From assembly GCF_963921235.1 (NCBI RefSeq), contig NC_086109.1:22942001-23006000 (forward strand): a stretch of 64,000 nt of DNA, in the 5' to 3' direction. The position numbers and the translations under genes are program-made. The DNA comes from Mobula hypostoma (taxonomy: Eukaryota). Shown here in pieces: positions 1 to 12,737 of this stretch. How positions within the stretch are numbered: position 1 is the stretch's first letter; each line of letters starts with the position of its first letter. The notes under the pieces were generated by a model that worked only from the letters and a program-made list of their open reading frames with translations, ran no database searches and was not told the origin of the DNA.

Positions 1-96
1 GTGATAATTGTTCCTGAACCTAGTGGTCTAAGTCCTGAGCATCCTATATCTCCTTCCTGAAGGCAGCAGTGAGAAGAGAACTGCATGGTGAGGGTC

Positions 97-1161
97 TGCC
101 AGCAGCACCGGATGTTGGTCTCCGTGTGCATCCCCGGGAACAGCCACTACATCAGAGAGTCCTCTGTTACGCAGCTGCTGGGGATAAAACGTGACACTAG
201 CCCGTCCATCTTCCTCCACACCCTCTTTGCGAACTGGCAGTGTGCAAAGAGGTGGGTCACAGACTCCTCCTCACTGCAGTCCTCCCGTGGGCAGTGGGGT
301 GCGGAGACGACGTTCCGGGCGTACAGGAGGGCTCTGACTGGGAGGGTCCCTCTCACCGCCAGCCAGGCGAGGTCTTGGTGCCTGTTGGTTAGATCTGGCG
401 ATGAGGCATTTTGCCAGATGAACTGGACAGTCTGCTCAGGGAACCACCCCACTGTGTCCATCACGTCCTTCTCCTGCAGTGCCTGCAGGACACTACGTGC
501 CGACCACTGCCTGATGGCCCTGTGGTCAAAGGCGTTCTCCTGGAAGAACTTTGCTACGTAGGACAGGTATGCCGGCAACGACCAGCTGACTGGGGCGTTG
601 CGCGGGAGTGGGGCCAGACCCATCCTTCGTAGCCAGGGCGACAAGTAGAACCTGGGCACGTAGTGGTACTTGGTGCCCACATACCTGGGCTCTACACACA
701 ACCTGATGCAGCCACATACGAAGCTGGCCATCAGGGTGAGGGCGACATTGGGGACGTTCTTGCCCCCGTTGTCCAGGGACTTGTGCATGGCGGTCCGTCT
801 CACCCGCTGATCTACCAGCACATGGAGATGTCCGTGGGAGAATGCTGCCGACTGGCACATTCTCGGCTGCAGGAGTACGTGCTGAGGGACGCACTGAAAC
901 TTGGTGCAGCCACCGCAAGGGCCCGGTGGGGAAGGACCACAGTATAGGTTTCTCCACCCGTGGGAGTGGGAGGGGTCGGTGGGTGGGGAGTATACCCCTC
1001 AACAATGATATGGTAAGCTGAACTACTGGAGTGCCACGTGGGTGGCTATAAATACGGATATGTACTGTGTATAATGGAAACGTATGTAAAGGATGAAAAG
1101 TTATTGAATGGTTTATTGTATATATTTATTTTTGAATAAAGTATATTTTGAAATTTTAAAA
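97..1161. mobile_element. 5'-truncated Tx1-like (L1 group) retrotransposon with inverted 5' part
   Basis: Minus strand ~806 to 97 encodes late ORF2 with a zf-RVT-like motif (HQDLAWLAVRGTLPVR...CPREDCSEEESVTHLFAHC). Plus strand ~807-947 encodes the ORF2 C-terminus (LIYQH...ARARWGRTTV*), then 3' UTR, AATAAA at 1135-1140 and an A-rich tail. 18-bp TSD AACTGCATGGTGAGGGTC at 79-96 and 1162-1179. Confidence 0.9.
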
Positions 1162-1356
1162 AACTGCATGGTGAGGGTCCCTGCTGATGGGTGCTGCTTT
1201 TTTGTAACAACACTATGTGTAGATGTGCTCAATGGTGGAGCGGGCTTTAGTCATGATGGACTGGACCATATCCACTACATTTTGTAGGATTTTCCATTCA
1301 AGGGCATTGGTGTTTCCATACCAGGCTGTGATACAGCCAATCAATATACTCTCCAC

Positions 1357-1552
1357 GCAAACAACAGGAATTCTGCAGATGCTGGAAATTCAAGCAACAC
1401 ACATCAAAGTTGCTGGTGAACGCAGCATCTCTAGGAAGAGGTACAGTCGACGTTTCAGGCCGAGACCCTTCGACAGGGTCCTGACGAAGGGTCTCGGCCT
1501 GAAACGTCGACTGTACCTCTTCCTAGAGATGCTGCCTGCCTGCTGCGTTCAC
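1357..1552. mobile_element. Penelope pLTR-derived inverted-repeat insertion
   Basis: 51-bp perfect inverted arms at 1422-1472 and 1485-1535. 15-bp TSD with one mismatch: CAATATACTCTCCAC at 1342-1356, CAATATAATCTCCAC at 1553-1567. Sequence matches the 3' ends of the GIY-YIG Penelope copies in this window. Confidence 0.85.
1477..1512 (+). ncRNA. Minimal type I hammerhead ribozyme motif
   Basis: GGTC-CTGACGA-AGGGTCTCGGCCT-GAAAC-GTC^-GACT: CUGANGA and GAAA cores, stem II, stem I (GTC/GAC plus G.U), palindromic ACGU in place of stem III. Predicted cleavage after C1508. Confidence 0.7.
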
Positions 1553-3761
1553 CAATATAATCTCCACCACACTTTCATACAAGTTTGTCAAAGTTTTAAA
1601 TGTCATGCCAAACTTACGCAAACTCCTAAGGAAGTAGCCGCGGTGCTGTCTTCATAATTGCACTTACATGCTGAGCGCAGGACAGGGTCCTGCAAAATGA
1701 TAACACTGATGAATTTAAAGTTGCTGACTCCACCCCTGATGATGACTGGCTCATGGACCACTGGTTTCTTCCTCATGAATTCAATACTCAGCTCCTTGGT
1801 CTTGTTGACATTGAATAAGAGTTCGTTGCTATGGCAGCACTCAACCAGGTTTTCAATCTCCCTCCTATATGCCCATTCATCACCACCTTTGAATTGGCCT
1901 ATGACAATGGTGTCATCAGCAAACTAAAATATGGCATTAGACCTGTGCTTAAACACACGATCATAAGCCTAAAGTGAGTAGAGCAGGGGGCTAAGCACAC
2001 AGCCTTCAGACACCTGTGCTGATGGGGATGTTGGAGGAGATGTCGTTGCCAATCTGAACTGACTGGGGTCTGCAAGTGAGGAAACTGAGGACCCAATTAC
2101 ACAGGGAGGTATTGAATACAAGACATGAAGCTTATTGGTTAGTTTTGAGGGGATGATGATATTGAATGCTGAGCTGTAGCTGATAAACATCATCCTGATG
2201 TTTGCACCTTTACTGTCCAGATGTTCCAGGATTGAGTGAAAAGCCAATGCAATGGCATCTGCTGTGGACCTTTTGCACTGGAAGGCTAATTGAGAGGATT
2301 TCTGTCACTTCTCAGGCAGGAAAACGGCTACAGAAAATGGTAGATACAGCTCAGTCCATCACAGCAAAGCATCCCCCACCACTGACGGCATTTAAGTGGG
2401 GTACTGCCAAATGAAAGCAGCATCCATCATCAAAGACTCCCACCATGCAAGCCATGTCCTCTTTTTGCAACTACCATCAGGCAGGAGATACGGAAGGTCT
2501 TATATCCCACCTGGGCATCTAGGGAAAACCCACACATTCAACACGGAGGATGTACAGGCTCCTTACAAAATGGCACCAGAATCGAACTCTGACCTACTGA
2601 ATGGCCTACGCTATAATAGCACTATGCTAACTACCATGCTACCATGGCACACAGTAACCTTTAATCACTGCCCCAAAATTGTTCTATGACCTTCAGACTT
2701 ACATTCAAAGACCCTTTACATCTCATGTTCTTGGTATTATTTTTGTTATTTGCACAATTTGTTTTCTTCTGCACAATGATTGTTTGCCAGTCTTTTATTT
2801 ATGTGGAATTTTTCATTAATTTTATTACATTTCTTTTCTCCCCCGTAAAATCTTGCAAGAAAATCACTCTTGGACTAGTATGTGGCAACATTTATGGCAC
2901 GTCGACGACAAGGTTACGCTGTGACATGGCAGTGAGTGGAGTGAGGCCCAGGATGCCACAAGAGAGTTGGCAGAAGAGACAAAAAAAACCAGCAACTTTT
3001 GGCTGTGACTGAGGAAAGACCGAAATTGGTGACCAACTGACCCCACTGAAAGCTGCAGGGGTTGGCAGGGACACCTATCTGCCACTGCTCCGCCACCAGG
3101 CAATGTACCATGGCTAAAGAGGCAAAACATCAGTGAGTGGTGGTCCCTGATTGATGACCCTGTAGCTAACCCCAGGGCTCTGTTGGAGGTGTGGCAGGCA
3201 GGAAATGTCAATGTATTTTGATAATAAATTTACTTTGAACTTAGAATGTAAAGATGCTAATCCCTTCCACCACTGAACCCTCCATAAAGAACTTGCGTGC
3301 GTTCTCCTGACCATGTTCCAGAAATCCATAATCAATTCCTTGGTCTTGTTGACCGTGAAGTTGTTACCACTCAACCAGCCAATCTATCTCATTTTTGTAT
3401 GCCCCCTCATTACCATCTCAGATTTTACTTCCTCTGCGTATTCTCAATTATCAGCAAGGTGAGAAGAACAGAAACTGACACAAACCATCCAGAAGCTCCA
3501 ATTTGCTTCGTCAAACAATGAAATGCCTCTTAGAGATTTCTCTTACCCAAAGCTATTAGCCAGCGTTCCAATTATCTATCATCCTTAGCTTCAGCATGCC
3601 CCCCTCGCTTCTCCCATCTGCTCCACCCTTCTCCAATTGAGAATTTCAATCCAAGCAACCCAATTTTTTTTTTGAGTAACCGGCAATACCATTCTGATTT
3701 TTGCTATACTGCTGTACTGCATTCCTTGTATCATTCTGATAAACAATAATTCAAAAAAAAT

Positions 3762-4510
3762 ACACACACACACACAAAATGCTGGAGGAACCCAGCAGGT
3801 CAGGCTGCATTTATGGAATGGAATAAATTGTCAAGGTTTCAGGCCAAGATCCTTTATTATAAGTTCCTCCACTATTTGGTGTGTGTGTTGCTTTGGATTT
3901 CCAGCATCTACAGAATCTCTTGTGCTCCGACATTAGAAATTAATGATGAAAGGTCATTGACCTGAAACAACTGTTTCACTTTTTGATCTGCTGAGTATTT
4001 CCAGCACTTGCTGTTTTTAAATATCATACTGTTACAGCGATAGTAACACATACAAAATGCTGCAGGAAGTTACATCTGTGGAAGGGAATAAACAATCCTT
4101 GTTTTGGGCTGAGACTCTTCATTGGTATTGGAAGGGAAGGGAGAAGAAGTCAGATTAAGATGGGGAGAGGGGATGGAGTACAAGCTGGAAGGTGATAGGT
4201 GAAGCCAGGTGTGTGGGGGAAAGAGCAGGGGGAATGAAGTAAGAAATCAGAGGTGACACGTGGAAAAGGTAAAGGACTGGAGGAGGAGCAGGAGGAGGAA
4301 TCTAATAGGAGAATAGAGTGAACTATGGGAAAAGGGGAAGGAGGGGGACCAGGGGAAGGTGATGAGAAGAGGAAAGTGGGGCGCCAGAATGGAAGAAGAG
4401 GGAATGGGGAGCAGCAAATGTTATCAGAATTTAGAGAAATCAGTGTTCATGCCGTAAGGTAAGAGGCTACCCAGACAGAATACGAGATGTTGCTCTTCCA
4501 ACCTGAGAGT
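3762..4510. mobile_element. Cluster of degenerate Penelope-like fragments (pLTR and 3' region, mixed orientation)
   Basis: Signature acacacaaaatgctggaggaa...cagcagg / ttccagcatct motifs and a purine-rich tract, as in the other Penelope copies. Confidence 0.7.
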
Positions 4511-4696
4511 GGATCGCCCTGTCAAACCCATGCTGCGTTCTCTCCGAGACAATTAAAGGCTTCCTGTAGAAGCTGTTGAGAGCTGAACTTTCCTGGACAG
4601 CTTTGTATGACAAGCTCACTGGCTGAATTTCAGATACACTTAAGTATACACAGGGTGGAATGTGGCTGGGCAGTCAGCAAAGTCAGTGAATTAGAC

Positions 4697-5708
4697 CGCA
4701 AGACACAGGGGAGCAGAAATAGGCAACTTGGCCCAACAGGTCTGACCCGCCATTCAATTATGTCTGATCCTTTTCCCCCTCCCTGGCCTTCTCCCTGTAA
4801 CCTTTGATGCCATGTCCAATCAAGACCCTATCAAGCTCTGCCTTAAATACACTCAGCGACCTGGCCTCCACGGCTGCCTGTGGTAATAAATTTCACAAAT
4901 TCACCGACCCCCAGCTAAAGAAATATCTCTGCATCTCGGTTTTAAATGGATGACCCCCCTCTTGAGGCTGTGCCCTCTTGTCTGAGACTCCCTCCAACAT
5001 GAGAAACATCCTTTCCACATCTACTGTCTAGGCCTTTCAACATTCGAAAGGTTTCAATGAGATCTCCCCTCATCCCTCATCCTTCTAAATTCCAGTAAGT
5101 ACAAACCTAGAGTCATCAAATGCTCCTCATATGATAACCCTTTCATTCTTGGAATCATCCTTGTGAACCTCCTCTGAACCCTCTGTAATACCAGCACATC
5201 TTTTTCTTAAATGAGGAACCCAAAACTGTTCACAATACTCAAGGTGAGGCCTCACCAGTGCCTTATAAAGCCTCAGCATCACATCCCTGCTCTTGTACTC
5301 TAGACTTCTTGAAATAAATGCTAACATTGCATTTGCCTTCCTCGCCACTGATTCAACCTGCAAGTTAACCTTTAGGGTGTTCTCAACAAGGACTTCTAAG
5401 TCCCTTTGCATCTCAGACTTTTGGATTCCCCCCCCCCCCATTTAGAAAATAGTCTGCAATTTATTTCTGCTACCAAAGTGCATGACCATGCATTTTCCAA
5501 CATTGAATTTCATTTGCCAATTTCTTGCCCATTCTCCCAATCTGCCAAGTCTTTCTGCAGCCTACCTGTTTCCTCAACACTACCTGCCCCTCCACCAATC
5601 TTTGTATCACCTGCAAACTTGGCAACGAAGCCATCTATTCCATCATCTATATCATTTATATACAGAATAAAAAGACGTCCCAACACAGACCCCTGCAGAC
5701 CACTAGTA
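4697..5708 (-). mobile_element. CR1 LINE 3' fragment
   Basis: ORF 5127-5441: QRDLEVLV...ARKANAMLAFISRSLEYKSRDVMLRLYKALVRPHLEYCEQFW, typical of the CR1 ORF2 C-terminus. Confidence 0.9.
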
Positions 5709-6599
5709 TCGCAAAGGCATAGATATGGGTTTTGTTTTCAGCTAAACTGTGGAAAAGATGGCAAAAGTTTACATGCATATAGAAAAAAAAGATATCTGCT
5801 AGCATTGTTAAGTATGTAACTGGTAGAATAGATGAGTGGAAACTTGGGAATGTGGACAAATTGGATTTCAGAAAACGCTTAACAAGGTTCCATAAAGGAG
5901 ACCAATCAACAAAAGTAGGACACAAAAAACCATGGTCAAAATATTGATAGAGGTTGATAATCAATTTCCAGATAGGAATCTTTCTTGGGCTGATGGGCTG
6001 AGACTGGTGGGTACCACAGCATGTTATTGCAATTTTGAAGGACTGTGGTGAGATGGTAGATGAACTATTGTGTACCCTTTTGGTTTTCTTATCCACTTGT
6101 TACAGAGGGATTATAGTAGTAGACTGGCTCCTGAAATGCCATGCCCAAGAGACTACAGTTGCTGGAATCTGGAGCAACACACAGAATGCTGGAGGAACTC
6201 AGTGACTCAGGCAGAGTCTGTGGAGGGCCGTCATTTCAAATCAAGTCCCTTCACCGGGCCTGCAGGAATGCCTAGCTTGTTCTGTGAGGACAATTTGAGT
6301 ACATTGGGGCTGTAGAAGAGATTTCAGTGAAACACACATGACACATTGAAAGAAAGACCTTGGCAGGCAAGATTCAGAGCAGATACAGCCCATGGTAAGG
6401 AGCCCAAGACCAAGTTCTCTGTTTCAGAACTGGGAGAAGGCCATTTACAACCAAGGAGAAATTGCTTCACTCAAAAACTTCTTAATTTCTGTGATTTTCA
6501 GAAAGATGCTCAGTGAATGAGTTTATTCGAAAGAAAGACTGATAAATGACATCAGGGAAACATAGGGTTTGCTTTGGAAAAGGGCACAGAATTATACTG

Positions 6600-6815
6600 G
6601 TCATGATGTTAATGAATGTTGAGATGGACAAGTGTGGCCACACTGGAACCAGTACAGTATGCTCACAACTCACTAACCCGAACTGCAAGTCTGCTGGAAC
6701 GTGGGAGGAAACTGGAGCACCCAGAGGAAACTCGCGTGAGCACAGGGAGAACGTACTCACTCCTTATGTACAAAGATGGGAATTGAACCCCATTTGGTAA
6801 TCACTGGCACTGTAA
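6600..6815 (-). mobile_element. tRNA-derived SINE (HE1-like)
   Basis: Reverse complement of gggttcaattcc (B box) ... gggtgctccagtttcctcccac core, shared with other copies. Confidence 0.75.
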
Positions 6816-6989
6816 AGCCCCAAGCCCAGGAAAACCTAAGTGTTGTGCCTCAGTGGCTACTGACCAGTACCTCTAACATCGACCACAGTGATGCGAGACT
6901 GGTTATGACCTACATCATTGTTGGTCTTCCACACTATATGAACAGAAAAACCGGTTCACTAAGGAAACTCTCTTCCTTGCACTATTACA

Positions 6990-8085
6990 TTCAGCTCTGG
7001 ATGACCTCATACAGAATCCATACATACATTAGGGTGGTATTCATTGCCTGCAGCTCAGTCTTCAACATTGCAATACTAAACAAACTCATCTCTCAGCTCT
7101 TGAATTTTGTAAATGGTTTCTAGACTTCTTGTCCAGCAGACTTCAGTTGGTTAGAATTGGTCAGGACATTTTATCCACTCTGACCCTCAACACTTGCAGT
7201 GCCCTGAGTTGCATATTCAGTCCTTGCTTTACTGCCTCTATATCCATGACTGTACAGCCAAATACAGGGCCAAATCTATCTTCTCATTCAGTGATGACAC
7301 CACTGTTGCTGGCAGAATCATCATCCATAAGACAGAGTTAGAGGAAGATCATGAACTTAATTTCATAGTATCAGAACATCAACTTAGCCTTTAAAATCAG
7401 CAAAAGAGCTGGTTTGTCCAACAGCTTCAAGTTCCTTGGCATCCATCTCACCAGCATTGTGGTCCCTCCATAGTGACATAGTGATCAAGAAAGCACATCA
7501 ACGTATGTACGTTTGTACTTTCCAACATGTTTAAAAAGATTGACTTGTCCCCCAAGGACTCTCTCAAACTTCTACAGCTGCAGTGTACCCTGGTGGGTTT
7601 CATTTTGGCTTGGTACGGCAATTGCTCTGCTCTAGACCAATAGAACCAGTGGAGAATGGTAAGCACTAATGATTCCATCAGAAAAACAGCACTTCCTTCC
7701 CCCATTCAGTCCACCTTCATGGCAGATTACTCCAGGAAGGCCAAAAGCATCAAGGATGCCTGCCACCTGGCCATTCTCTTCTCTCCACTACCTTCTGGGA
7801 GAGGATACATGAGCCCAGACAATCAGAGATCAGAACAGCTTCTTTCACATGACAATCAGCCTTCTGAACCAATCACCTTGCTGGTGGTGAGCCTTTAAGT
7901 TTATCTGCTATTCCATTGTTATCACTTTAGTACATCTTTATTCATTACTTCACACTGCATGGCAAACTTTGTACTATTCTATTTTCTTGCACTCTGTATT
8001 TACTAAATACACTGTTTACCTGGAGCTCCATGCAGGGGGCAATGAAATTCCTTGCCCCTGGTCTATATGACAATAAACTAATCTG
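6990..8085 (+). mobile_element. Old Rex1/Babar-like LINE fragment (RT to 3' tail)
   Basis: HTYIRVVFIACSSVFNIAILNKLISQL; LYCLYIHDC...FSDDTTVAGRI remnants; many frameshifts. Confidence 0.75.
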
Positions 8086-9246
8086 ACAATACGCAATTTC
8101 CTTAATACCCCAAAATCTAGAGAGTGCAGAAATCTACAAATCTGCAGAATATATGTTGGGGGGGGGGGGTCCAACAGTTGGCAGAGGGATTGGGAGAACG
8201 GTCAGAGACAAACCAGTGCTGCAGTTATAGAGGGACATTTCTGGGGGATAATTTATAGTCAGGGAGCAAAAGCACTGAAGGAGCACCATAGTGTCAAATG
8301 AACAGAATTAGGGAGAGCTCGGACTGGGGCAGATTTGGAGTGTCGACAGCAGTACTACACCAAACAGTAGGATTAGGGAGTGCTGTACTGTTGTAGGGGC
8401 AAGACTGATATTATGTTGTATTTTGAGTGACACTGCTTTTCTGACAACCTAAATCATTGCCTTGTGGCTGGCTTAGAAGACTACTAAAAAAAAACAGGTG
8501 AATGTTACTGCAAAAAGTTCCCTTCTGGCCTGCCTAGGTCTATCATTCCTCTTCAGGGGGCTATTTGCTTTCTATTTCCTCTGGAATATAAGCGTTATGT
8601 ATTTGGCTGTGGCATTGACAACGTGCTACTGACTCTTTCATTTGTGGCTTACAACTCACTGTCAGTTTGAGGTATTTGTTCCATCTATATTTGATGCAAG
8701 CACATTAATCTTTATTGGAACATGCCATATCACGACAGCAGGACATGAGGACATGACAAGGTGTCTAATGCTCAGTGGACAGTGCTATGGAAGTGATGCA
8801 CAGCTGATGTGTTAAACTAGCTAATTAGCATAGTTCCAAACATTTAACATCTTTGAGACAGTATCTCAGACACAAAATGTTTCCCTTTCCACAGCATTGT
8901 TTTTTTTTTATCTCAGCTTTTCACCATCTGCGGTTTTTGATTTTCACTTAATTGAACTGCTTCCTCAGCGACTGTCTGGACAGGAAGGAGATCAACTCCT
9001 ATTGGCTGAAGGAGCACAAATTCAACATCACTTCTTTCATTCATTGCAAATAGCTGCTATTAGCCTTATCACCTCCATTGTTCTTAAAATCAGTTACATC
9101 ATCAATATTCTATATAAACAAGGAATGCTAACATCTTTACCCTTGGTATTGGCTGAGCAGACTCGATGGGCTGAATAGCCTACTTTGCTCCCATATCTTA
9201 TTATGTTGTACTGTGTTACCGCCACTTTAAAACCAATATCGGGAGA

Positions 9247-9730
9247 TCTACTAGAATGTTGCCTGAGTTTCATCTCCTAAGTTACAGAGAAAGGTTGAAC
9301 AAGTTGGGTCTTTATTCTTTGGAGCGTAGAAGGTTGGGGGGGTGGGATTTGATAGAGGTATTTAAAATTATGAGGGGGATAGATAGAGTTGACGTGGATA
9401 GGCTTTTTCCATTGAGAGTGGGGGAGATTCAAACAAGAGGACATGAGTTGAGAGTTAAAGGGCAAAAGTTTAGGGGTAACATGAGGGGGAACTTGTTTAC
9501 TCAGAGAGTGGTAGCTGCGTGGAACGAGCTTCCAGCAGAAGTGGTTAAGGCAGGTTCGATGTTGTCATTTAAAGTTAAATTGGATAGATATATGGACAGG
9601 AAAGGAATGGAGGGTTATGGGCTGAGTGCAGCTTGGTGGGACTAGCCGAGAGGAAGAGTTCGGCACGGACTATAAGGGCCGAGATGGCCTGTTTCCGTGC
9701 TGTAATTGTTATATGGTTATATATGGTTAT
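9247..9730 (+). mobile_element. CR1 LINE 3' fragment
   Basis: ORF 9256-9645: LSYRERLNKLGLYSLERRRL...TRGHELRVKG...FTQRVVAAWNELP; tandem ATATGGTTAT tail. Confidence 0.92.
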
Positions 9731-10134
9731 AATGTGTCATTAACAAGAGCTGGTGCTCAGAATTAATCAATGTAAATGGGTCCAATTGCAGTGTCATAAA
9801 CTTCTACCCTTTGTATTTTAGTCCTTTTGATATTTTTTTTTTAAAAAGTTTTATGTTCTATTTACATACTTGATCAGATTATCGGTGAGTTTTCTAATTC
9901 CAGAGCATACAGCTCTACCTTGTACGCAGCCTTTTCCCAAACAGTGACATCCTCTTCTGTTCCAGGACTGGTTGTCAAACCTACAGTGCTAATCTGCCAT
10001 TGCTGTTCAGCAGCGGAAGAGGGAGAGCAGCACAGGCTGCTTTTGACAGGGTCACCCTGAATATGGCGTGGGCCTGGGAGCCTCACGTTTTCCCCTTTTC
10101 ACCCTCCTCCCTCAACAAGCTAGGACAGAAGCAT

Positions 10135-12060
10135 ACCGGGAGGCAACACATTTTATTTCAATCACAAAATTTCAAGGCTGTATTTTCCTCCTAAATTGCC
10201 AGTTTGCAGTCATCACAGGAAGCCGAGTGCACAGGGTGAGCAGTGGGAACATGACAAGGCACTAACTCTTGTTACAAGGGAGTGCCCCTCTTCTCAGACT
10301 GGATTAGTTTCTAAAATCTTAGAATGTTTTGTAAACCAGGTCCTCTTGCAGAATGGGCACTTAAAGATCACAAACATGAATGTTGGTGTGAATACAGAAA
10401 GAAACAGCAAAATAACTCAAACATGTGTGAAAAGCACCCCCAAGCCCTCCTTCAACCTATGCCCTCCCAGCAAACACCAGTTCCAGCTTTGCCAATTACC
10501 CTTCATTCCCCCCCATGCATGCATTCCCCAAATCAGTGCTAAGTACCACCAGATATTCCCAAGACTATAAGCACCCCCTGCATCCCCAAAGTTTTCTCGT
10601 ACGAGTTATCCAAGCAAGAACCTCATTTGGTGTGGTGACGACCCACAGAAACCAAAAGCTCAGCACAGCAGTACTGCTGCTAGAAAAGATGAAAGCAGAA
10701 ATGTCACCATCTTCCAGCCAATGCTCTCCCTCGTCCCTTCCACATCACCACCCACCAGCTTCCCTTCTGCCAGTAACTGGATTGCACCAAGCACAATAAA
10801 GACCATTTCTGAAACTTCAAGTTATTTACCCAGCCGAAAGGGTTTAAAAAGCTTTCTAAAACACGAGAATATATTTTAGCTGCCAAGCTAACCCCCGCAG
10901 AACATACCACTTTACTATGCCCCAGGAAGCTGGCTGTTGTAGGAAATGGGATGGTTCAGTGTGGGAAATCCGCAATTCCAGATTGGGTCTTACTGAACCT
11001 CAGTGCCTTGTTTTAGCCATTCCTGATGTTGATATAAAGACAGGGAAAGAGTGAAGCATTGGGGGGTGGGGGGATAGCATAGTGGTATTAGAGAGAAACA
11101 CTGCATCCAATCATATCAAAAATAATTCAAAAGGTGAAGAAAGGAAAAGGTGTAATCTCAGAATGTGCAACTTTATCTGGGAAGGTCAGGAACGGGTCCC
11201 AATGAGGAAGTGGGCCTTGAGTTTTAAACGATTCAAAAGGATGAAAACACCAAACCCCGCCGACAAATTATATTTAAAAATGTCCAGCCAACAACTTGCC
11301 CTGACCACCCTACGTGATAAACTCCTAAAGAATGTTTCTGCATTCAGGACTACGTTCAATTTTGTAACAGTCAAAACATCAGCGACACATTGAGATTCCG
11401 ACTCCTTACAAGCAAGAACTGTGTGCAGAGAACAAAATTTGGAAGAGTTCTTGAAAATAAGAGAGTTCCAGCATTACTGAGGTTGTATTACAGAGACTTT
11501 CTCATGCAATTTACATCTAGTAAGCATGGATGGCATTTCTTTTTAATATCACTAAATAAAAATATCAGGAAGATTTCAAGGTGGAGGGTATGTGTACTGT
11601 TAGAATAAAGTGTTAAATATTAAACATGGTTTTAAACATTAAACCAACTCTCAACTGGGGAGCAACAGCTGGGCCCCAAGATGTTGGGCGTGTCCCAAAG
11701 CTTTCTCAGGAATTAACATTGGAAATAGAATTAAAACCCAGAATGTAGAACAAAATGGGCACGATAAGCTGAATTACTCGGCACCATATCGACATAATGT
11801 ATGTACTCTATAGATGGCATCGAGTCCATGAATTGTTTTTAGTTAATGAGGTAGGGGAGATAATAGGTTGCAGCATGGTTTGTGGTGCAGAGTCAGGTAG
11901 TCATAGCTTCCTCCCAGCCCTCTTTTGACTGTGTAACAATTATTCTTCTCCAAATGTGTTGGGTGGTTAGGTTTGCGTGGTCTGACACTAACCCAGGGCA
12001 TTTGCACAAGTTTGTATTTGAAGGGAAAGGTGGAAGGGAGTGGAAGGTGAGGATTATAAA
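10135..12060 (-). other. SYPL2: Probable 3' UTR of the SYPL2-like gene (~1.9 kb)
   Basis: Lies between the stop codon (12061-12063) and the candidate polyA signal; no recognisable TE, unlike the flanks. Confidence 0.5.
10152..10157 (-). promoter_or_regulatory. Candidate polyadenylation signal (AATAAA) of the SYPL2-like gene
   Basis: Canonical AATAAA on the minus strand at the end of a TE-free stretch downstream of the stop codon, followed by GU-rich sequence (TGTGTTG...TTCTGTCC...TTGTTG). Confidence 0.55.
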
Positions 12061-12354
<294 letters not shown>

Positions 12355-12438
12355 CTAGGCTCATGAAAACATTCTGCAGTCACTTAAAGCAACAATCTGA
12401 AGGATGTGCTCCCAAACTATTCAGCCCACCTCATAGCT

Positions 12439-12737
12439 GGCACAGTAGTGTAACAGCGAGCATATCACTTTACAGTGCACACTGTAAAATGTTTTTTTTA
12501 TTCCCACCGCTGTCTGTAAAGAGATTGTATGTTCTCCCCATGACCGCATGGGTTTCCTCCAGGTGCTCTGGTTTCCTCCTACATTCCAAAGATGTATAGA
12601 TAGCGTTAGTAAGCATGCCATGTTGGTGTCAGAAGTGTGGTGACACTTGCCCAGTCCAATCCTCACTGATTTGATTTGATTTGGCGTATTTCATTCTATG
12701 CTTTGATGTACATGTGGCAAATAAAGCTAATCTCTTT
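12439..12737 (+). mobile_element. tRNA-derived SINE (HE1-like) in the last intron
   Basis: ggcacagtagtg... head and gttctccccatgaccgcatgggtttcctccaggtgctctggtttcctcc core; ends ataaagctaatctcttt. Confidence 0.8.

Larger units (their letters stand above)
1..2275 (-). mobile_element. Degenerate Rex1/Babar-like LINE (RT to 3' end), interrupted by two younger insertions
   Basis: ORF 1969-2247 reads AFHSILEHLDSKGANIRMMFISYSSAFNIIIPSKL...CVLSPLLYSL (non-LTR RT motifs of Rex1/Babar type). Host sequence resumes after each insertion's TSD. Boundaries approximate. Confidence 0.8.

Noticed and set aside
6776..7123. VKPQA peptide reminiscent of the ataxin-7 family zinc finger (ATXN7L2 neighbours SYPL2 in mammals)
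   Set aside because: The Cys/His ligands are absent and the match lies at a SINE boundary; coincidental.
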